NCBI GenBank assembly: GCA_905178155.1
Contig: CAJINV010000002.1
Coordinates: 1,091,809 to 1,155,808 of the forward strand
DNA from: Amoebophrya sp. A120
Lineage: Eukaryota > Protista > Dinoflagellata
Reading direction: 5' to 3'
DNA: 64,000 bases
Each line of letters opens with the position of its first letter. Within the stretch, counting starts at the first letter, position 1. The position numbers and the translations under genes were made by a program. This document shows, in pieces, positions 49,675-62,800 of the stretch. The notes under the pieces were generated by a model that was not told where the DNA came from, ran no database searches, and saw nothing but the letters and a program-made list of their open reading frames with translations.

Positions 49675-52600
49675 TTACATGTTCAGATTTCGATGCGGCA
49701 AAAACGGCGACGCGGGGGGCGAGCACGCCCTTCCAAAACCAGCTCCAGGTGGACCGGCGGCAGCCCCAGCAGGCTGTGGTCCTCCACCCGTGTGTCCTGT
49801 CCCTGCTCCCGATGAAACAAGCTGTTGCTGTTGCTGCTGGGCCGTCGATGAAAAGACGATGTTCGCATTCCCTCCCGTCGGTACGACGAACCCGCGGACT
49901 ACTTGGTACGGCTGGGAGCCTGTGTGAACCAACGGAGGAGAACGGTGGTACGGCAACAGTGGTGGAGATGCTGGCGCACCAGCAGTACTCGCAGCTGGTG
50001 GAAGAGAAGTTGTACTACAACCCGGAAGAACGGGCTGCAAGTTTTGCGCCGGACCGGGACCAAGGAATGTACCCTGGTGCTGTTGATGCAACAGCTGCTG
50101 TTGCAACATCGCCTGAGCTTGCACCGGCGAGGTGGCTCTCCTTGTCACGCCGGTGGTACTAGCCGAGGCTGCGGCGGCGATTGCCCCTACAGATGAATTG
50201 TCAGGGCTTCTGTTCCGCGAAATTACCCTGCCCTGCGCGTTCACTGGCGGACCAATTGAAGGGCTAGGTTGTTGCTGAACTTGCTGCAAAATCGGAGAGG
50301 CCGAGTGTTGTCGCACCACAGAACTAGCAGTCGTGCACGGAGTCGTCGTCGTTCCTGTGTAGTTAGTGCAGGAGAAACGCATTGAGCTGCCGCCACCAGC
50401 GGCACCACAAGCACCGGGGAAGCAAGTGGAAAAGTTCGGGAGATTCATGAGCGAACCTGCTCCGACAGCCCGCGTAGTGCAAGACGGAGAGTTCGGCGGG
50501 GATCCGCAACTCGCGGCGACGCTTGCTCCGGCTCCGACCTGCATATTAGGCGTTCCCAACTCCAGCAAACCTCCCGGCTGTGGTACCGCTGCCACCTGCG
50601 GGGGCTGTTGCGGTGCTAATAGCGTCGTACTGAGCAAGGGTGCATTAAAGCCGACAGGCACTGTGGCGCATTCTGGTGCATATTGCAAGTGCTCGTCCCC
50701 AGCTGATGCGGACATGATCATTTGCTCAACTCCGCCATGGTCGCTCATTGCATTCAATTGCTGCACTGCTCCGAGCGGGCTTGCAGGCGGCCACGCTCCT
50801 GCAGAGCGACGAACATTTGCGTGCGATGGGCCACAGCCACTGGCACTAGCAGCGGGCATATTAGTAGCACTCGATCCATTTTGGTGGTCCACTACATTCT
50901 GCTGCGTCGCCACTCCTGCTCCTCGTCGCGCATAATTATCGTGTAAACTGGTCGCCGAAGCGGAGATGGAGAGGGGAGCACGAGCAAGCTGCCTCCCGGG
51001 TGATCCTACCCCAACTGCCCACGCACTTTTCGTAGTCCTGGTAGTATGTGGGCGCACTAGGCGTCGCGACTGATTTTGATTCGTCGCGGAGGGGGAAGAA
51101 GCTGAAGCTGTTCGTGTTAATAGCTGCCGCCCTTGCTGGTTTACTTGGTTAGATAAGCCCATTCTGGTGTTCTGTAGGTCATCATACTCCACCTGAGCAG
51201 CAGCTGCTGCCCGTCGTTCGTTTTCCAGCTGTTGTTCCAATTCCAACTCTCGCACTGCTTGCTCGCGCAACTGCAACTCCTGCTCCCTCGCCAGCAAGGA
51301 TTGGTTTCTCTCCTGTAACCTCAACCGGTTCGTTAAGGCCACGTTATCACAGCTTGACATGCGTCGAATACTGTTCACAATGTGCTGATGGTTCTCAGCA
51401 CGAGACCTTGTGCGCGATTCAGGTTGTTCTACTGGGCTGTGGGGTTGTCCGGCGGTGGACGTGTCAATGTCAACACCAGCATGAGTGGTACCACTGACAT
51501 TACCAGCTCTAGTTGCAGTAGCAGAGCCGGTTGTTGATGATGATGCGGCCGCGTGCGAAGCCACGTCCGCGTTCACGCGTGACGTATCAGCAGTCGCATT
51601 ACCGGTAGTTGGATCTGCTGCTGCTGCTCCGCGACTGGTTGTCCTAGCCTGCTGAAACGGGCTAGTAGGCGCAGCACCCGCACCAATTTGTTGTTGCTCT
51701 CCGCCTCCCCGGGCTACCGCGCCGCCTCCTGCCCTCGCCGCGCAATTTGCCACCATCATGCGCTGCCGAAAGTACGCCGCCTCATTGCCCCCCTCCCTTG
51801 CCGTCCGCGCAGCCGCTTCGAGTTCCACGCGCCGCAGGGAATTGTCCAGTGACCCTGTCGTCTGCATCCGTTTCGGCGGCGGCACATCGGACTTTGTGGG
51901 GCGAAGCTGCCGGGGCGGATCTGCAGCTTGTTGTGAAGGTCTTCGCACGGTCTGCTGCGGTGGCGGGGGCAGTGCTCCTGCATGATGCGATGAGGAGGAG
52001 GACGTTGCACTTGCAGGTCCAGGTGCAGCCCTCGCAGCGAATGATGAATTACGATTACCGTGTAGCTCTGGCGTCGCACCAGAAGTCGCTGCACGAGTAC
52101 TAGAACTACTCGGCGCGACGGCGGCGGCCCGCAGGGATGCTGACGCAGGATCACCCCGCTGCAAGTCGTTGCCGCTGTCACGACGACCAGCACCTCCTCC
52201 TCCTACCATCCCCAAGTTTTGCCTTGTTACAACAAACCCGGACGAACCTGTACTCCCGCCGCCAGTCTGGGCCGCGGACGCCGCGCTCGCGCGTTGGAGA
52301 ATCAGGTCTAACCGTATCTATGAAAAAACACCCTTTTCCATTCTTTTTTTGTATGGCAAACACTGCAGCTTATGCATATTTTGCATGACAAATTGGATGG
52401 GGATGGGTGTTTTTTCCTGGATAAACCGCCGGGCGGTTTCCTGCGCGAAGTCGCGTAATTCGGTGAGGAGCAGCTGCTGTTGCTGGGACTCGAGTTCTTC
52501 CTCTTGATTTGTTTGCGGTTGTTCAGAACAACCTTGGCCCGCCGCCGCGGAAGAGATCATCGTCTCCCGTGTCTTCGCTTGGTGATTCTCTTGTTGAGAA

Positions 52601-54474
52601 GATACGTCGACAGGGGCAGCCACAGTAGCTGATACGACGAGTTGTGGACTGCTAGTACTACAACTAGCACCTCCCACAAACTGCGTTTGGCACTGTGATA
52701 TTTGTGGGTGGCCAGCATGAAGATTCCGGCCTGAGTCGTGATTTTCAGGCACCAACACAGGTGCAACAGAAGGTGCTGCAGTGCTACTGGCCAGTCCTGC
52801 AGTTCTTGTTGAAGATGAAGCCCCATGATCAACATCAAGGGGAACAACTACGGCTGGCGCGGTACCTCCAGTCCCGCCAGGTGGAACATCAACTACACCT
52901 GAACAACCGATCGCCGCCGCCGCGCCGAGGAGATTCGCGATCCGCCTCCCCTGCATTTCCTCCTCCGTGTCCCGACACTGCAGGCTTACCAAGCTGCTCC
53001 CACTTTTCCGTAAATTATTAGGCGATCCGCTGTCCCCACCCGATTCCGAGCTGAGCTGGAAAAAATCCGTGCTTTCCGCCGAGGTGGACCGGTGTAGGTG
53101 GGTGGCTTGCTGCTGGTGCTGGCGCAGAAGTGCTGCTTCTTGCTGCTGGTCTGTCGCGGAACTGGAGCGGGGACGCAGAATCGAGATTTGGGCGGGAGGA
53201 GCTGCTTCTGATAGTGAGACATCACGTCGATCAGCAGCATCGTCTACTCCAACTCCGGTTCTATCCTCGTCAGCGGCTCTATGAGTTTCCTGGTTTTCTT
53301 CTGCTTGAGGACCTCTGCTCGGACCCTTTCCAGGTGCACAACCAGTTGCGTCACCTCCTACACTAGAGACAGACCCGAGTTGTTGTACAACTACCCCAGG
53401 AGGGGGTGGCAAGGGTCCCGCAGCCTCGGCTTTGACCGTAGGTCTAGTACTCGAAGTAACGGCAGTAAAACCTCCAACATCCCGTGCTGCGCTCGTCCTT
53501 GGGGTTGACTCATTACTCCCGGCGTGAGGGTAAGGCAAAATCGGCGGGACCGGCTGGGTAACGTCCAGAGCAGGGTCAACAACCCGGCGCTGCTGAAAAG
53601 ATGAATCTTGTTGTCCTACTTCGCAGCTTCTTGCAGCCCCAACAGCACAAATCGCTGTCGAGGCTGTAGTTCCACCCGCGGGCAGCTGTTGTTCATCCCG
53701 TTGTCCGTGCTCCTCCGGCAGGTAGCACGCGGTCCTCAAGCCGACTTCAGCTAAAACTAACGGTGGCGGCTCCCCCAGAAACCGCTGCGTCGGCAAGTTT
53801 GGGTCGTGCGGCTGGAGCAGCCGCTCGGTCGGAAGGTTGCTGTAGGGCGTTGCGGCATGTTGAGCCGTTCCATCTCCAGGAAGATAGGGACTAGTTACGG
53901 GTAGAACTAGCGCTGCAGCGTCGCCTGCAGCACTGAAGACAGGAGGACCACCGGATGTGATTCCGTCATTTTCGCCAGAGGTCGAGCTCGTGTAGTAATA
54001 ACCACGATGCCCCCCTTCTTCTTGCGCTTGCGGCGAAGAGAATACCGGGTTCCGCGCGGCTGTGGGCTGTACAAGAACTGCGGGGGCCCCTGCTGCTGCG
54101 ACTGCTGTACTGCTACCGCCTCCCGTAGTAGTTGGCCAAGCGTTTAATCCGTCGGTTGCGGCGGAGGAAGATGAAGACGACGAGGTTGAAGTAGAGGGCG
54201 TTGATGCAGGGACCACTGGTGCGGCAGCAACGACACCAACTACACCACCAAATAAAACGACGTATGTACTAGTTGCTGGTGCGCTGTTGATGTCGGCGAC
54301 TGGAAATGATCTGTCGATTGAAGAAGAGGAATGGAACAATAGTACACACAGGATCGAAAAAATCACGTGGAACAGGGGGATCTTACAAAACTGGGATGGG
54401 CGGACTTTGTGGGCGGGAATCAAAACGTCGAGTTGCCGCAAACCCATAATTACTTTCCGGTAAGAACGGTCCAA
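49675..54474 (-). CDS. ~1560-aa low-complexity (Ala/Gly/Ser/Pro/Gln) protein with N-terminal hydrophobic segments and a short coiled coil
   Basis: ORFs 52318-54474 and 49675-52215 join in frame on removing element 52315-52423 plus 5 nt (ETARR|LDLILQR). Start uncertain. Confidence 0.7.
52315..52423. mobile_element. Introner, family E
   Basis: DR aaccg/aaccg; joins the 718-aa and 846-aa ORFs. Confidence 0.9.
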
Positions 54475-55052
54475 CTTCGGAGCACAAATTTTTGTAAACT
54501 TCTCCTCATCCTCTTCTTCATCTGCTCACGACCGACACCAACGCAAGCGTAACTGAGGCTGACGCTGACCACAAAACTTAAACTACATTTGATATCGAAT
54601 GTGAAAATAAAGCACCTTCGAATCGAAAAAAGCATAAGAGGTGGCTTTCACCATCATTCTGAAAATTGAGTATCGCACTGTGGACAACAAAAAAAAGGAT
54701 CGAAATCGACGCAAACATGAGACTAGATCACGCCAATCACTAACACACGACACTGAACTACAACTTGGTCCGCAACTGAGATTGCGGATAGCTCCTGTGA
54801 CGAGATCTTCAGCCACACTGAAGATGCTCATCGGTCACAGTCTGATCTAAATCTATCAGCGGGCCTTTATTTTATCTTCGATACTCATCAGCATCAACTT
54901 CAACATCTTCGACATCGTACAAGTAAGTAGCAGAAACAGAAACAAGCTAGTGCTACTAGCTCTGCATTATTTTCCGTGTTGATGTTCCGTTCTATCCGAT
55001 CTTTCTAAATTTGAATTTATCAACCACGACCACACCATTATGTGTCGTGGTT

Positions 55053-58000
55053 TCACAACTTGAACACATTTTTCCACGCCCCTGCATCCTGAAATTCGGA
55101 GCTCACCCCCGACAAAACCACCTGGGCGGCCGCCAGCACGATAAACACCGCAGTGCTGATCAGGAAGAGGGACGCATACGGGTACTCGAAAATCACCCAG
55201 TCAAAGTAGGGCTCGTACTTGGTCGCTCGCGCCTGGCGCTGCAGTGTTTGGTTCGCCAGTGCGTTGTTGGAGTTCTGGGTAGCGTCCGCTTGAGCTGCGG
55301 AGGACTCGGGGTCGTACAGGGTTTCGTAGTCCAACCCGACATGCCCGCTGGTGATCTGACGATTTTTGCATTTTTTGATTTGTGTCGCCATACAGAATTT
55401 ACAACGCTGCACCAGCATTGTTTTTGTTTCGGATGCGCCGTGGGTTGCATCCATGACAAAAGAAATGTGTAATCCATACAATACCAGGTCGTCCCCAGGC
55501 AGTGCATTGCCCATGTTCACGATTTGTGCGGAACACCAGCTAGCGACCTTGTACAGCCCTTCCACGTAGGTTGGCAGCAACTCGTGCTCCGATGGCGCGT
55601 TGTCCATTGCACTGCTGTTTCCCGCCGCGTTGCTTGTGCCATTCGCCGCAGTAGCTTGTGATGCTGGTGCGATGGATGCTGCTGCTTCCTCTCGATTCTT
55701 GTCGAAGTTGAAGTAGGACAGCAGTACCCCAGTCGTGCTGTTTGTGACACCAGACTGGTTGGGTATGCATTGCGAAAGCATCGTACTGGTAATTAGTGCT
55801 TCTACTACTACTTCTACTTGCCTTACAGATTTTACCAGAAGCATTAGTCATAATCCACGACTTCCAATTTGTGGTAATGCTGATTTAGCCGTAAGCAGCC
55901 CATCTGTCATGCATGACTGCAATTAGAACTAGAAGAAGTACCCGTACGAAGATACTTCTGCAGTGGATCATATTGGCAACGCCACTGCAGTTCGTGCTGG
56001 TTGTACAGGCGAGAGAGAAGTTAGACGCAGCAGCAGCCAGTTGCGCCGCCAGCAGTACAGAAGCAGCGTCGGAGAAATTCTTCTGCACTTGATTCGCGTC
56101 CACGGCAGCCTCGGTCAGCGTTTTGCGTATTGCTTCCTCCGGGTTGAACACGGGACTGAGCGTTTTGTCGTCTTTCCAGCTCGCGTGGTGGTGTACGGTG
56201 AAGTATCAAGTGCAAATATGTCTGGGTGGGTCTGGAACTTGTGATGCAAGCCAGGGAATAATGAGCGCAGTGTAATACGTGGCCAAGCATGGCAGATTTT
56301 TCCGTGGCTCTGTGTAGTTGCGGATTCCGCACGAGAAGCATGTTTTTGCATGACAGACACGAGGAGCTCTTCGTAAACACGCAATACAGAGCTCCGTGGC
56401 ATACCAGACTAGCATGACAAACCCGGGCGGATTCTTCCAGACCCAGACATATTTGCAACGCATATGAAGCGCACGCCGAGAAACCGGTTTGTGGTGGCGT
56501 TCTGGAGCTGTTGTTGCGACAACGTCGACGGGTCCTGCACGGCTTCAGTGAAATAATTCGTGCTGTTGTCCACATGGTAAGCCGCGAAAATCTCCGGTAT
56601 GGAGGATTTGAACACCAGATTATCAAATGCAAAAATGTCTGGGCCTGGAAGAATGGAACTTGTCATGCAGATTTTCTATGACCCGTGAGGTCTGGAATGC
56701 GGGACCTAGCATGACAGACTCTGCGAGGTCTCTGCAATCCCTATCCTGCATGAGAAACTCCCTCCCAACGAACTTGGTCGAAAGAGGACAGCTTTTGGCA
56801 CTGATGCAACACAGATTTTTGTACGCTTCAGATTTACCATGACAAGTTACCACCTTCCAGATTCAGACCCAGACATATTTGCAATGCATACAGATTCGAA
56901 CCGTACAAGAGCGACGAGGGGTAAGTTTGGTTTTGTGCAACGCCGGCGGAGATGTTGACCGAAGCGTTTGCTGAGACGTTGCTGCTCGACGTCCCGGAGG
57001 ACGCGGTAGTAGGTCCGGCCGGTGACCAGTGCTCGAACTTGAAATCGCTGGCGTTCAGGAACTATGCATTGCAAAAGCATCGCACTCCCACTCGCTAGTA
57101 ATCGCAATTATCCATGACAGATCTGATCTCTTTCTCATCCAAGTAAATGTAAATCAACATGACAACTTCCATTTTTCTGTCACCATGCTAAGTTAAAATT
57201 TGTAATGCGATTACAACTACTTAACAGCACGATACTTTTGCAACCCATAAACCGAGCGGGTCGTGGAAGTAACTGGCGAGCACCGTCTGCAAACTCTCGG
57301 TCAGGCTGGTCTGCTCCTTGGTCAGGATCTGCAACAGGTCACTGCTCACGTTCAACACCGCTGGCTGTACCAGGGCTGCAGATATGCATTGCAAAAGTAT
57401 CTTCGTACCAAGTCTAAATTGCATCACAAACTTTTTCAAGAAGAAAAACGGAATTTGTATATGCTGATTGATCTGAAAAGGGATGTTTCTGATGCATGAG
57501 CATGGTAGCAAGTACTAGGAGAACGATAAGTACTTTTGCAGTGCATAGCAGATGCGTTTGATGCTCCACCACTGCTTGCTGATGGAACTACTACAACTGC
57601 ATTCAGATTCAGCACCTGGTCCAGCACAGTCGCATTTCCCTTTATCGTGGTGTTGTCGTACAGAATCGCGTCTGGGATTTTCACTTCGAAAATTTGCAGC
57701 ACGTTCACCGGTGCTTCGTGGTTGCCGCAGGCGGTGCCGAGGTGCGTGGCCTCGTAGATCAAAACGTTGGTGTAGAGGTCGACGTATAGATTGCAAATAT
57801 GTTCGGGTCTGGAACAAAGTTGTGATGCAAGGAAGGCAAAAATACTTAACACACTGCAATACGCTGCCAAGCATGACAAGTTTTTCCGTGGTGGTTCTGG
57901 GTTGCGTATTCCGCATGAGAGACTCCATTTTTGCATCACAGTCAAGAGGAGCTCTTCGCGGCCACGCAATACAGAGTTCAGAGTCATGCCAGACTAGCAT

Positions 58001-58821
58001 GACAAGTCTCACAATCTCCCAGACCCAGACATATTTGCAGTTGATACGACGCAGATCTTCGCGGCTTTGTTCATTCTCGAGATCCAAGAATGCCGGTCTG
58101 GCAGGCGCTTGGACACTGGTTTTTTTTTTCAAAATTCTGTCTTGTCATGTTTTACTACGCATTAGAAACCAAAACAGCAATCGAAGTGGCGCAGCACAAA
58201 ATTTAAATTTTCTATACCGGCTAAAAGCTTCGACTTTGCTTGACAGGTAATGCAGCGTTCTCGGAACTTTTCTCCAAGCTGAACCAATTCCGCGTTGGTT
58301 GCGGGAGCCGGGGATGCGTAGGCAAAGAAGGTGGGGGAGTGAATGTGCGTGGATCTTCGTGAAGAGGTCTTTGCGTGCAGCTCAACAACATTGTCCTTGT
58401 CGTGGTGATACTGTACTGGCAAATAAAATCGACCTTGCAGAAGAATGAGTGCAAAAACAGCTACACAGAACGCCATGGAGATGAAAGCGACCGCGCGTAG
58501 ATGAAGTAGTGGTCGCCGCCGTGGTTTAGTTTTCTTCCGCTGCTGTACTACGGGAGGCACCTCGTGGAACAGGGAATTTTTCTTCGTTGGGCCCCTTGTC
58601 TTGTTTGGCTTCCCCCCGGCCGCGGCGATATTTCTCATTTTGACGTGGAAGCTGTAGCTGGTGTACTTGTTCCGATCTATTTTTTTCCTTGCGGGTGATG
58701 TTCCTGTGGCGTCAAGGGAGCAGCGGACACGACGGCCAAGCACAGCTTCGGCGGGTGCTCTGAAGAAATAAACCGACGTTGACATTTTTTTACGAAGCAG
58801 TTCTATATTCAGATCATTCAC
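55053..58821 (-). CDS. Membrane glycoprotein of unknown function (N- and C-terminal TM helices, many N-x-S/T sites)
   Basis: GT-AG intron 58116-58217 plus 6 elements give a continuous frame. TM segments AVAFISMAFCVAVFALILL and ASLFLISTAVFIVLAAAQVVL. Confidence 0.7.
55764..55972. mobile_element. Introner, family A (diverged)
   Basis: DR ttggg/ttggc; frame restored. Confidence 0.82.
56204..56464. mobile_element. Introner, family B subfamily
   Basis: DR tgaag/tgaag; frame restored. Confidence 0.9.
56621..56890. mobile_element. Introner, family B (reverse orientation)
   Basis: DR cagat/cagat; frame restored. Confidence 0.92.
57063..57249. mobile_element. Introner, family A
   Basis: TIRs clear, DR diverged (ggaac/aaccg); element+5 nt still restores frame. 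Confidence 0.8.
57383..57547. mobile_element. Introner, family A (diverged)
   Basis: DR gcaga/gcaga; frame restored. Confidence 0.88.
57785..58046. mobile_element. Introner, family B subfamily
   Basis: DR cgacg/cgacg; frame restored. Confidence 0.9.
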
Positions 58822-59869
58822 ATGTGTATTTCATGTTGAAATACAGAAAGAATGGCATTTATTGTACTCCTAAAACTATACGACGAACAGTTCCAGTTAG
58901 TAGACACGACGGCGACGACGACGACGCGATGAATGTTCTACTCCTAGGTGTACTTCTTCGCGGTAGTTGTGAAAATGAATCATGAAAAACCTTTTTGGTC
59001 TACGATGACGTCGAGTTGCACCTTAGTCGCAATGAAGCATGATGTTCATGCCAGAGACAACTCGAAAAGCACATCTCTCGCGAAGTAGTACTACAACAAC
59101 TCAAAGAACTCTATCACTATGATGTCCCTCCAGATCATATCGAATTGCGAAGGCGCCGAAGACTTTTGCGCAACTACTAGTGCGTGGAGCAGGTACAACT
59201 TACTACATAGAAGAACCCGCTCGCCTTCACAACACCGCTTTCATATGAAAATCCAAATCTATATAAGTTTTTCAACTCGAGAACAGACACTGGGACTGGT
59301 TCGGTGACCCGAGCGATAAAGCGCATTACAGCTGGCCGGCGCTGTCGTTCGGAATGTTAACAGAAGCATGCGTTGCAGTCTCGAGGACAATTTCTTGTCC
59401 ATCTACGTCGACTTTTTCCACGATACTAAATCACCGGGCTTTGTCATCTTCAAAACTTGCAGCTACGGGTCCACCTGATTTTTCACGCCGTCATACTACA
59501 CGATAGATACTTTACTTGATTACACGAAAGACGACGACAGAAAAGATCTGCTGGAGGAGCGAAGTGCGTCTTCTCTGTACGTCTGATACTCCCTCTATAC
59601 GTACGGATAGATCTAAACTCATCAGTATCAGTTGCCACGACGGCGGTTAGAAGCTTACTTCTGCACTGTTCCTTTGCTATTTTCAAGCTTTTCAATTATT
59701 GTTTATTGCGGATGCGGTAATGGTAAAATAAAAATGATTTCATCAAAACTGTTTCATCTGTTGCGCGGCGCACAAGTTTCTACATCTGTTCATCTTGCGA
59801 CGTCAAATAAGTTTTCATTGTGTTGAGGTTATTTTTCACACTCGGAGATTTTGGTAGAGAAGGTACTAG

Positions 59870-62800
59870 TCAGCTCGCCTCTTCTTCGACCTCATCTTTA
59901 CCCGCCGGCTCCGTGCCCACGAGGAAGGCCACATTCTTGGATCGTCCGGTATTCAGGGAAAGTAGCAGTGGTAGTTTTGAGTCAAATAGGACAGCTCTCT
60001 TCTTTTATGTTGAAGAAACTTGTCATTATGTTGAAGAAACTTGTCATGCATCGAACGCGGCCAATGCGCTTGTGCATCGTAACAATTTCATTCAGTTTAT
60101 TTGCATCCACTTTGCTGTTGCGAAAAGCAAAAGACCACACCCTCTCCTGATCTGTCCCTCTAGACGGCAGCCCCTGCACTTTTCAAATTTTACGACGAAG
60201 TGTGAAGATGCTCATATGCAAAGTTTGTGTCTGCTCGTCGCGTACAAAAAGAACGCAAGACAAATGACTCAAATACAAATGCTTTCTGTTTGACTCAAAA
60301 CGACCACGCGCAGTTCAACAGTGGGATAAAATCTCGAATACGTGTTGTCGAAGACCAGCACCATGGTTCCTGCGTTGAATGTAGTTGTAGTACGTAATGT
60401 TTGTCATGCGAATTTTTCATGAATCGAAACATCTGTCATGCGTAGCAGCAACAGCAAGCATTCTGCTATACAACTTTACTAGGAACTGGTTGATTCGTCA
60501 AAAAGCATCAAATCCATTCTATACTGTCCTCATCGGCCACCCAACTGCCTTCGATGGTGTCCACGTTGTCGTATCGTTCCACTGGTAACACGTCTTCCTG
60601 AAGTATCCAACTCCAAATCGGTCCGGGTCTGGAAGGAATAGAACCTTGTACTGGTCATGCATCACAGATTCATTGATCATGCTGCTCAAAGCGAGTGAAC
60701 TCATTTTGCACTGCCTGTATTCAAAAACTTGTCATGCTGCCTTTGCCTCTATCAGGCTGTCCTTGTTCTATTGCATTCTTCACATCAACGAATATAATAG
60801 CGGAAGTGTAGAAGTGGATCACAAGTTGTTCTTATTTTTCGACCGGGACAGATTTTGAAAATTTCCCTGTGATATCCACGGAGCCGCCGTCCTGCATGAC
60901 CCTTACGCGCACCCCGAAACCGATATCGAAGTCCTTCACCCGAAAACTCCATCGCATCAGGGTTCCCTTCTCGACCAGGTAGGCGGTTGTGTATTCCGAC
61001 CGCGCAGACACGGAGAGCTCTTCGGCACCGCGGATCTGGGGTAAAAATTCAGATTTTTTCGACATAGAAGAGGTTGTAGCTGACCACAAAACGCGACATC
61101 AAATTCAAATAGAGCACGAGAAGCTATAGCAGCAGCAGAAGAAGACCGCGTAGGTATGTAGGTTAGCATTTCACGTACCTTGATCTCCTTCCATTTTTTT
61201 GCTGCTTCCCCCCTCTGGAGCAAGACTTCCTGTGCGGATTTTCCCCACACCAGGCCCACCTCGTCTTATGCAGTGCAAAAACAGCATGATCGTACTCGTG
61301 TAATCATCGCAGTCGCGAATGAGACATTTGCTTTTTTAATACCCTGAAATGGCATGCCAGGACCAACTTGTATGAATACTGCACTTCATTTCCAAAAATT
61401 TATCATGCAACTACACCGAAATGGCACTAGTACGAAGTAGGTTGTTTTGCAATACATACGTTTCTGATTTTCACGATTTTTCCCTTATCGTAAGGAAAAA
61501 TCCCCCCTCCCCATATCGAAAGCGTATCCGTCTGAAAATTTGTGATGCGCATTTGTGACCTCAAATCCTGTCTGTCTTGCAAGAAGGCAAGTCCAGAAAG
61601 CGTTCCGCAATTTGCAGGCGGTTTGTGATGCTGTTGGGCTTAGAGCATACACGTTTGTCATGCGAGGCGCCTACGTCAAAACCTCTCGACTGAGGCTTGA
61701 CATATGCCTGCAGTCGTCTCTAGCAAGACAAATCTGATTTGTGTACGCAAATCCAGCATCAGAAACTTCGTTTTGATATGGAGAGGGGGGATTTTTCCTT
61801 TTGATATCCCTTCCCCTTGGACCACAGCTCCTTCGATTTTACCGATGCTCGCTCCTTTACCTCCTTCGTCTTATCTCAGGTGTCACAATGAAAAACAGAC
61901 ACCTCCGCTTGTTCCCCAAAACAAAAAGTAAAAGTAGACCTTTAATGTGCCGCACCAGCGTCATCTGTACATCTTTCAGACCAGCAGTGTGTGAGCCTGT
62001 CATGTCAGAAGACATCAAGCCACAGCAAGGTCGAGTCAGGTGTGGTTTTGGAGTGGTGGAGAGGTCGAGGTGTATTATTTTCCTTGCGATAAAAGTACTC
62101 CTTTGTTTTTTCCTCTACTTTCGACTTGATCTCGCCGGATTTTTCGATGACCTTGGACTTGTACTCCTCCGTTTTTTCAAGCGTCTTCTGCACCTTCTCG
62201 TTTGCCAGGAATTCCCCGTATTTCTTCTTATGGCCGTCTCAAACGTTACATTCTCAACTGTTACACGATTTGCCATGCAAAATCAACATCAACATCAACA
62301 GGGTGAAGCGACTTCGCATGACAAACTCCCGGAGGGCTAAACAGCATTGAAATCTGTGCGGAATCTGTAATGCTAGAGGCGCAATTGTCCCCCTTTGAGT
62401 TTTCCTATTCTTGCATTCCAAGTTCATGTAACAGTTGAGAATGTAACAATTGAGAGTCCCATACTCCTTCGCCTTTTCTTGTGCGGTCGCCGCCATCGCG
62501 GTGCCCTTCTCCGTTAAGTTCTTTACCCTGTTGTTTTTTCTTCAATTTCCACCAAATGTTGAACGAGAATTTGTCATGCACATCGACCAAGAACTGTCTG
62601 AACCTCAAACGAAGATCGAACATTTGTCATGCGGACGCAAGAATAGAGGGTTTCACTGTCATGCAAGAGCAGTAGTAGAAAACATAACTCTTTACCTTTC
62701 ATTTTCCTGCAGCTTCGAGTAGGTCTCCTTTGCCTTCTCCTTCGTTTTGTCGACGATTTGTATATATCCTGTGCAAAAGTATCGCACTTCTGCGAATTGC

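Noticed and set aside
7221-58046. Recurrent peptides such as NVKMSGSGR, CAKVSHSY and QKYRTR as a protein family or transposase
   Set aside because: They are translations of the non-coding TIRs. No DDE, tyrosine recombinase, HUH or RT ORF is visible in the window.
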